A stretch of 32,000 nt of DNA from Staphylothermus hellenicus DSM 12710. Lineage in GTDB: Archaea; Thermoproteota; Thermoprotei_A; Sulfolobales; Desulfurococcaceae. The stretch lies in assembly GCF_000092465.1 (NCBI RefSeq), contig NC_014205.1:1230001-1262000 (forward strand). The letters are read 5' to 3'. Numbering within the stretch: position 1 is the stretch's first letter; each line of letters opens with the position of its first letter. A program made the translations under genes and the position numbers. This document shows, piece by piece, positions 27,673 to 32,000 of the stretch. A model generated the notes under the pieces. It had not been told where the DNA came from. It ran no database searches and saw only the letters and a program-made list of their open reading frames with translations.

Positions 27673-28674
27673 GTTCTTTTCTTTAACGAGAACGTATCCA
27701 CAGTATGGGCAGAACCGTGCATCAGCTGGAATTTCTCTTCCACAATTAGGGCATCTATACGTGTTTACCTCCATTACCTTGTCGTATTCGCTCCTAATAT
27801 CATCAACTGTAACATGTAGGTATACCTGTGTAGTTTTAATATCTGAATGACCCAGTAATCTTTGAAGATATGGTAGGCTTAACCCTTTCTTCAAAGCTTG
27901 TGTTGCAAAAGTATGCCTTAGTATGTGTGGCCTAATCTTCCAAACTGGTATACCAGCTCTCTTACCGAGTCTCTTAATACGCTTATATAATCCACTGTAT
28001 GTTAGAGGAATTAATCTATCTTCTTTCCCCAGATTTTTTAGTTCTATCCATGAACGTATAAGCTCTATAGTCCTAGACGTTACAAGAACTTTTCTCTCCT
28101 TATCATACTTTGTTGAAGTCACTGTTATCGTTCTATTCTCGAAATCAATATCTGAAACCCTAATGCCTAAGAGCTCCTTACTTCTTAAACCTGTATCTAA
28201 TAATATAAATAATATCAGCTTATCTAACGGATCCCTTATTGATTTCAGCAATTTACGTATTTCATCATCGTTTAAAACATGGATTTTTCTAGGAGGTTTT
28301 CTAATACGCGGGATCCTAATATTTAATCCGAGCCAATTAAAGAATCTGTTCAGAAACATTGAGTAGTAATGAAGGGTTGTCTGCCATTTTTTCTTATCTC
28401 TTGTTTTAGCCTTGGAGAACCCGTTTTTCAACCTGTGATTTCTCCACAATATAATATCTCTTAACGATACGTTACGTAAAGGTTTCTCTCCGAGAAATTC
28501 TAGGAAATCCTTAATAGCTGATCTATAAGCTCTTACAGTGTCTTCGCTTGCTCCAGCCGCTTCCAATGCAAATATAAATTCTTCTAGGATATCCTTATTA
28601 TCTAGTTCCAAAATACCGTCTGGAGCTTTACCCAAATCTATTTTTGGAGGCATATTATTCCCTTCTATAATCAT
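27652..28674 (-). CDS. Tyrosine recombinase (XerA/integrase family) with C-terminal zinc ribbon
   Basis: 340 aa with an N-terminal SAM-like core-binding domain (TVRAYRSAIKDFLEFL). The catalytic set is LDTGLRSKE (R), HILRHTFAT (HxxR) and LLGHSDIKTTQVYLHV (H, Y). A C-terminal CPNCGREIPADARFCPYCG maps to nt 27697-27753. Confidence 0.9.
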   Translation of the reverse strand: MIIEGNNMPPKIDLGKAPDGILELDNKDILEEFIFALEAAGASEDTVRAYRSAIKDFLEFLGEKPLRNVSLRDIILWRNHRLKNGFSKAKTRDKKKWQTTLHYYSMFLNRFFNWLGLNIRIPRIRKPPRKIHVLNDDEIRKLLKSIRDPLDKLILFILLDTGLRSKELLGIRVSDIDFENRTITVTSTKYDKERKVLVTSRTIELIRSWIELKNLGKEDRLIPLTYSGLYKRIKRLGKRAGIPVWKIRPHILRHTFATQALKKGLSLPYLQRLLGHSDIKTTQVYLHVTVDDIRSEYDKVMEVNTYRCPNCGREIPADARFCPYCGYVLVKEKNSSSIST

Positions 28675-28740
28675 AGTATTAGATACAGTTTATATTCAGG
28701 AAGTAAACGTAATACTTTCAACAATATAATATTAGTAGTG

Positions 28741-28804
28741 GGGATGATGATGCTAGGCAGAACCCTTACTTTAAGAGATGGGGTATCCGCGCGGGACTGA
28801 TCCC
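28741..28804 (+). ncRNA. C/D-box sRNA candidate (2'-O-methylation guide)
   Basis: The sequence is GGG-AUGAUGA(box C, 28744-28750)-...-CUGA(box D, 28797-28800)-UCCC. A 5' GGG / 3' CCC terminal clamp, a 64-nt length and local GC enrichment in an AT-rich spacer support the call. The internal D'/C' boxes are degenerate (CUUA 28765-28768; GAGAUGG 28775-28781). The D guide is AUCCGCGCGGGA. Confidence 0.6.
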
Positions 28805-28838
28805 TTTTATTGTCTATTACCTGATCAGATGGTGTATA

Positions 28839-29828
28839 GTGTTGTCTAGATGGGTTGTTCTTGTCCATGGGGATAGTGATGGTGTTTGCAGTGGAGCACT
28901 CATATATAGGTATCTTTCCTCGAAAAACAATGTTGTTGAAGTATTTTTTACGCATCCAGCAGGTTTGGCAAGTGATCTAGCGGAGTTTACACGTAATGGG
29001 GACAATATGTTTATAGCCGATATTGCTCTAAGCGAGCAACACCTCTACGATATAGAGAAGATTTTACGTGAGAGAAGCAGATATGGTGAAATAATATATG
29101 TTGATCATCATCCAGAACCTTTAAGGCTTAAACCATACGAACTACCCGGTATAATAATTCATGATATTTGTTGTTCAGCATCAGAGCTAACATATAGGTT
29201 TCTCGAAGAAAAAGGCCTTGCTCAAGAATATAGTCGTGTAGCACTATATGGTGCTATAGGTGATTATCTAGATGAGACAAGCTGGGTTAAGAAAACAATT
29301 AATGAATGGGATAAGAGAAGCATTTATTTTGAAGCAGGAGTTCTTGTACAAGGCTTAGAAGGCTCTCGTAAAATGTATGATTTCAAAAGGAGAATAGTTC
29401 GTTTATTAGCAGATAACAGGCTGCCTAGTGAGAACTCAGAGTTATTGTTAAGAGCACTTATACAGAGCCATAATGATGAAGAACTTAGAATATGGGTTAG
29501 AAGAAATGTATGTATTAAGGGAAAAGTCTCGTATGTAGCTGATCCCCCGGGAAGTATTGGCCGTGCAGCGAATTATGCTAGAGTTTATGGGGGTAGCAGA
29601 GTTGGTTTAGCATATGAGACAAGAGGAAATATGCTGATTATGAGTCTCAGAGCTATTAATGGAATTGATCTAAACACTATTCTGAGAAAAATAACTGTCT
29701 CATTAGGGGGAACAGGTGGAGGACATGCTTTCGCAGCTGGTGCTAGGATCTCATCTGATAAGTTCAATGAGTTCCTAGAACTATTGAATAAGAATATAGA
29801 CAAAAACAATGATTCGGGGAAAACCTAG
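28839..29828 (+). CDS. DHH/DHHA1 phosphoesterase (NrnA/RecJ-like)
   Basis: 329 aa with a GTG start. Motif I is VHGDSDGV, motif II FIADIAL, motif III YVDHHPEP and the DHHA1 motif GGTGGGHAFAAGARI. Confidence 0.85.
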   Translation: MLSRWVVLVHGDSDGVCSGALIYRYLSSKNNVVEVFFTHPAGLASDLAEFTRNGDNMFIADIALSEQHLYDIEKILRERSRYGEIIYVDHHPEPLRLKPYELPGIIIHDICCSASELTYRFLEEKGLAQEYSRVALYGAIGDYLDETSWVKKTINEWDKRSIYFEAGVLVQGLEGSRKMYDFKRRIVRLLADNRLPSENSELLLRALIQSHNDEELRIWVRRNVCIKGKVSYVADPPGSIGRAANYARVYGGSRVGLAYETRGNMLIMSLRAINGIDLNTILRKITVSLGGTGGGHAFAAGARISSDKFNEFLELLNKNIDKNNDSGKT

Positions 29829-29851
29829 ATATTTATGTTTAAATTATTGTT

Positions 29852-30721
29852 TTAAGTGATCTCCTCCATTTTAGCCTTAATAATTGATTCAGCATCTTTC
29901 TTCGAGATTTCTATAAATGATGATTTTCTTAGCTCATCAGCTAATAGATCTGGTTTACTCATGTATTCTTCCTTATTATGTTGAGCCTTTAAATGTGCAC
30001 GGAAAGCTTTTCCCTCTTTTATAATTATTGCATCAATAATCCAGCCTCCAGCATGTGGTTCTAGCGAGGCAATACCAATGTTTTCTCCTCTACTACTGGC
30101 TATTCTAAATATTGCTCCACCCATCAATGTTTCTCCTATAGGATCAACTGTTGCTATTTCATTTCTTATATCCGCGGCAACAGGCTTCTCTGCTTCCTTA
30201 ACTATTGGCTGAGTAGAACCCATTACCTCGAGTGTTTTCTCCTCTTTCTCTTCAGCCCATTCTTCTTCAGGTGTTTTCACTTCTCCTCTAAGAATTTTCT
30301 CTGCTTCTTCACTAGTTGGTGCTTCCCGGTATTGTTTCTGTATATCTGCTAGTTTTTCCTTTAATACTTTCTTAACAACTTCCATTACTTTCTCGTCCGG
30401 TTGTCTCTTAAAATACTCTATTCTAAGAGTGTCATAGTTCCATTTTATTCTCCACTCGGAGGGGTCAACAACGTATTTAACTCTTATTCTAACAACATCG
30501 CCTTTATCACAGCCGAGATTCTCTACAAGTATAATGTATAGTAGCCTGTTTATCTCGCCTGATGCTCTAGCAACCTCTCTTGCAAACTCTTTATTCTTTT
30601 TAACCAAATCCCTTAATTGTGCGAAAAGCGTTCTTCTAAGCTTATTTGCATAAGCACCAGCTATTACTAATCCCGTGCTTAATTCATTTTCAATTCTTTC
30701 TGTTCCCTCGCTCATAAACAT
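29852..30721 (-). CDS. Conserved-looking archaeal hypothetical protein with two domains and an acidic linker
   Basis: 289-aa ORF. The N-terminal domain (LSTGLVIAGAYANKLRRTLFAQL...) and a C-terminal domain are separated by an E/K-rich linker. I could not name a family with confidence. Confidence 0.55.
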   Translation of the reverse strand: MFMSEGTERIENELSTGLVIAGAYANKLRRTLFAQLRDLVKKNKEFAREVARASGEINRLLYIILVENLGCDKGDVVRIRVKYVVDPSEWRIKWNYDTLRIEYFKRQPDEKVMEVVKKVLKEKLADIQKQYREAPTSEEAEKILRGEVKTPEEEWAEEKEEKTLEVMGSTQPIVKEAEKPVAADIRNEIATVDPIGETLMGGAIFRIASSRGENIGIASLEPHAGGWIIDAIIIKEGKAFRAHLKAQHNKEEYMSKPDLLADELRKSSFIEISKKDAESIIKAKMEEIT

Positions 30722-30828
30722 ACACCCGGCTATTACTATAATATTATATATTCATAATTTATATAAAACAATTTATTTCTCTAAAAGACTATAGTATTTC
30801 ATAGGAAAAAATTATAGTGTGATGAAAA

Positions 30829-31074
30829 GTGTCTAGTAAGAAAGTATTGTTTGAAGGAGTGATTGTAGGGTTCGAATCCCCACCGGGATACTCTGATCCA
30901 GCCTTGTTTATTCAAGGATCAATAAATAATGAAACAGCGTCTTTTTACCTATTGATCCCGAGAGAGAAGCACAATGAATATATGAGGTTAGGGGTTGGAC
31001 AAATGATTAGTGGTAGAGGCGTAATTGTTTCAACTGAACCCCTTATAATAAAGCTGATCGGAGATGAAGAATAA
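30829..31074 (+). CDS. Hypothetical small protein
   Basis: 81-aa ORF with a GTG start that overlaps the next ORF by 11 nt, suggesting an operon. Confidence 0.45.
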   Translation: MSSKKVLFEGVIVGFESPPGYSDPALFIQGSINNETASFYLLIPREKHNEYMRLGVGQMISGRGVIVSTEPLIIKLIGDEE

Positions 31075-31555
31075 AATGGGTAATATGCGTCTCCTACGTA
31101 AACCTCCTCGTATAAAAGTTTTAGAAGCTATTGGCAGTATAGGTGATCAGAGAGTTAAGGTATTAGATGATCATAGAGCAGAAGTTGTTTCTAGCCGTGG
31201 AGACAGGGTTTACAAGGTTATTGTTGAGCCGGTTAAGCATAATGTTTACCACGCGTATAGTAGTGATAATGGAACAATATTCAGAGGCTACGTTGGCTAT
31301 CCAATAATTGCTTTTCTAATGACTAAGAGTGTTATACCTATAGATAAAGAAGTTATGAAGGCAGTCACAGGTGTTCCGTGGAAGGATTTGAATGAGAGAT
31401 ATAAGAAGTACAGTATTGTAGAGAATATTGTTTTGAATAGAGCTGAGAGAATGGGTGTTAGTAGAGAAATAATTATGGATTACATCAATATTGTTATGAA
31501 GAAGCTTGGATTACTAAAAATATACTTCGTCGAAGAATTAAAGAATAAATTCTAG
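31064..31555 (+). CDS. Hypothetical protein
   Basis: 163-aa ORF, co-directional and overlapping with the 81-aa ORF. No motif recognised. Confidence 0.5.
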   Translation: MKNKMGNMRLLRKPPRIKVLEAIGSIGDQRVKVLDDHRAEVVSSRGDRVYKVIVEPVKHNVYHAYSSDNGTIFRGYVGYPIIAFLMTKSVIPIDKEVMKAVTGVPWKDLNERYKKYSIVENIVLNRAERMGVSREIIMDYINIVMKKLGLLKIYFVEELKNKF

Positions 31556-31561
31556 CTAGTA

Positions 31562-31984
31562 CTAGTATAGATTTATAAAGCCATGAACAACTCTAATATA
31601 TTTTCTCAAAACTAATTCAGACAATATTTTTCTAGCCTCCACCTTATTAACCCCCAGCTCTTTTGAGAGAATAATAGCTGCGTCTTTAACAGTTAATTCA
31701 CCATATTCAATCATTGATTCTCTGAGAATCTCATATGCTCTACCAAGTATTCCAGGCGGTTTTTCAACCAGGAATACCTTGTTCTCCCCAATCCTGACAC
31801 GGTATCTCTCATTGTTATCGGTAAATAATAACTCGTAAATACTGTGTTGTATTTGTTTCAGAAATATCTTGGTATAGCTGCGTGGTATTTTGAAACTATA
31901 ATTGCCGGGGGTTAATGTTATCAAGATGTTTTCAATGTTTAACTTGTATGGAAGTATTTCTGGTTCAAATACAACCACTACCAT
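31562..31984 (-). CDS. Hypothetical protein with possible C-terminal wHTH
   Basis: 140-aa ORF. The C-terminal segment ELTVKDAAIILSKELGVNKVEARKILSELVLRKYIRV has a helix-turn-helix-like pattern. Confidence 0.5.
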   Translation of the reverse strand: MVVVVFEPEILPYKLNIENILITLTPGNYSFKIPRSYTKIFLKQIQHSIYELLFTDNNERYRVRIGENKVFLVEKPPGILGRAYEILRESMIEYGELTVKDAAIILSKELGVNKVEARKILSELVLRKYIRVVHGFINLY

Positions 31985-32000
31985 ATCACGTGGTGGTTCT

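Noticed and set aside
27115-31984. Integrated virus or plasmid delimited by the tyrosine recombinase.
   Set aside because: I could find no tRNA target, no flanking att-like direct repeats and no recognisable viral or conjugative genes. The recombinase has an intact Xer-like architecture. The idea is not supportable from this window alone.
1-32000. Many 60-156-aa ORFs in the supplied track lie antisense to, or nested within, long well-supported genes. Examples: 209-679(+), 1276-1488(+), 2044-2295(+), 3041-3331(-), 5346-5642(-), 11096-11407(-), 11552-11830(-), 12729-13067(-), 13452-13844(-), 15425-15667(-), 18784-19023(-), 21578-21817(+), 23019-23309(-), 25718-26017(+), 26476-26775(+), 27923-28366(+), 28671-28955(-), 28817-29005(-), 29585-29809(-).
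   Set aside because: They overlap genes with clear family motifs, have low-complexity or hydrophobic shadow-frame composition, and show no start context or motifs. I treat them as non-coding frame shadows.
1-32000. CRISPR arrays, rRNA genes and tRNA genes.
   Set aside because: I found no regularly spaced direct repeats. I also found no tRNA-like cloverleaf (no GTTCRAATC-type T-arm) and no rRNA-like GC-rich stretch longer than about 170 nt anywhere in the window.

Overview
AT-rich archaeal chromosomal segment. Gene content, SD-like GGAGG/GGTGA motifs and tightly overlapping operons suggest a low-GC hyperthermophilic crenarchaeon, possibly Desulfurococcales-like; that assignment is inference only. 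The core is a complete A-type (A1Ao) ATP synthase cluster at 12.36-21.49 kb in the order D, UPF0216-like ORF, H, I, K, E, C, F, A, B. Housekeeping genes flank it: Nudix hydrolase, CDP-alcohol phosphatidyltransferase, class II aldolase-like, MBL-fold protein, Dph6-like PP-loop ATPase, ProRS, M28 peptidase, a Xer-like tyrosine recombinase and two DHH phosphoesterase paralogs. Six regions deserve a second look. (1) A NurA-like/HerA-like pair (2.46-5.74 kb) has no linked mre11/rad50 and an enlarged ATPase. (2) A decayed endonuclease-IV-like TIM-barrel gene (6.34-7.11 kb) is interrupted by a roughly 240-260 nt insert with a 59% GC multi-hairpin core, a 14-bp hairpin at its edge and flanking 9-bp direct repeats. 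(3) A very AT-rich three-gene module of unknown function (7.15-11.0 kb) encodes a tandem wHTH protein, a polytopic membrane protein and a 467-aa protein. (4) A 56-aa signal-peptide-like sORF lies upstream of atpD and is absent from the ORF track. (5) A C/D-box sRNA candidate sits between the recombinase and a DHH gene. (6) The proteolipid is duplicated and keeps a single carboxylate. I saw no CRISPR array, rRNA or tRNA. All family assignments rest on motif recognition by eye, not on database searches.
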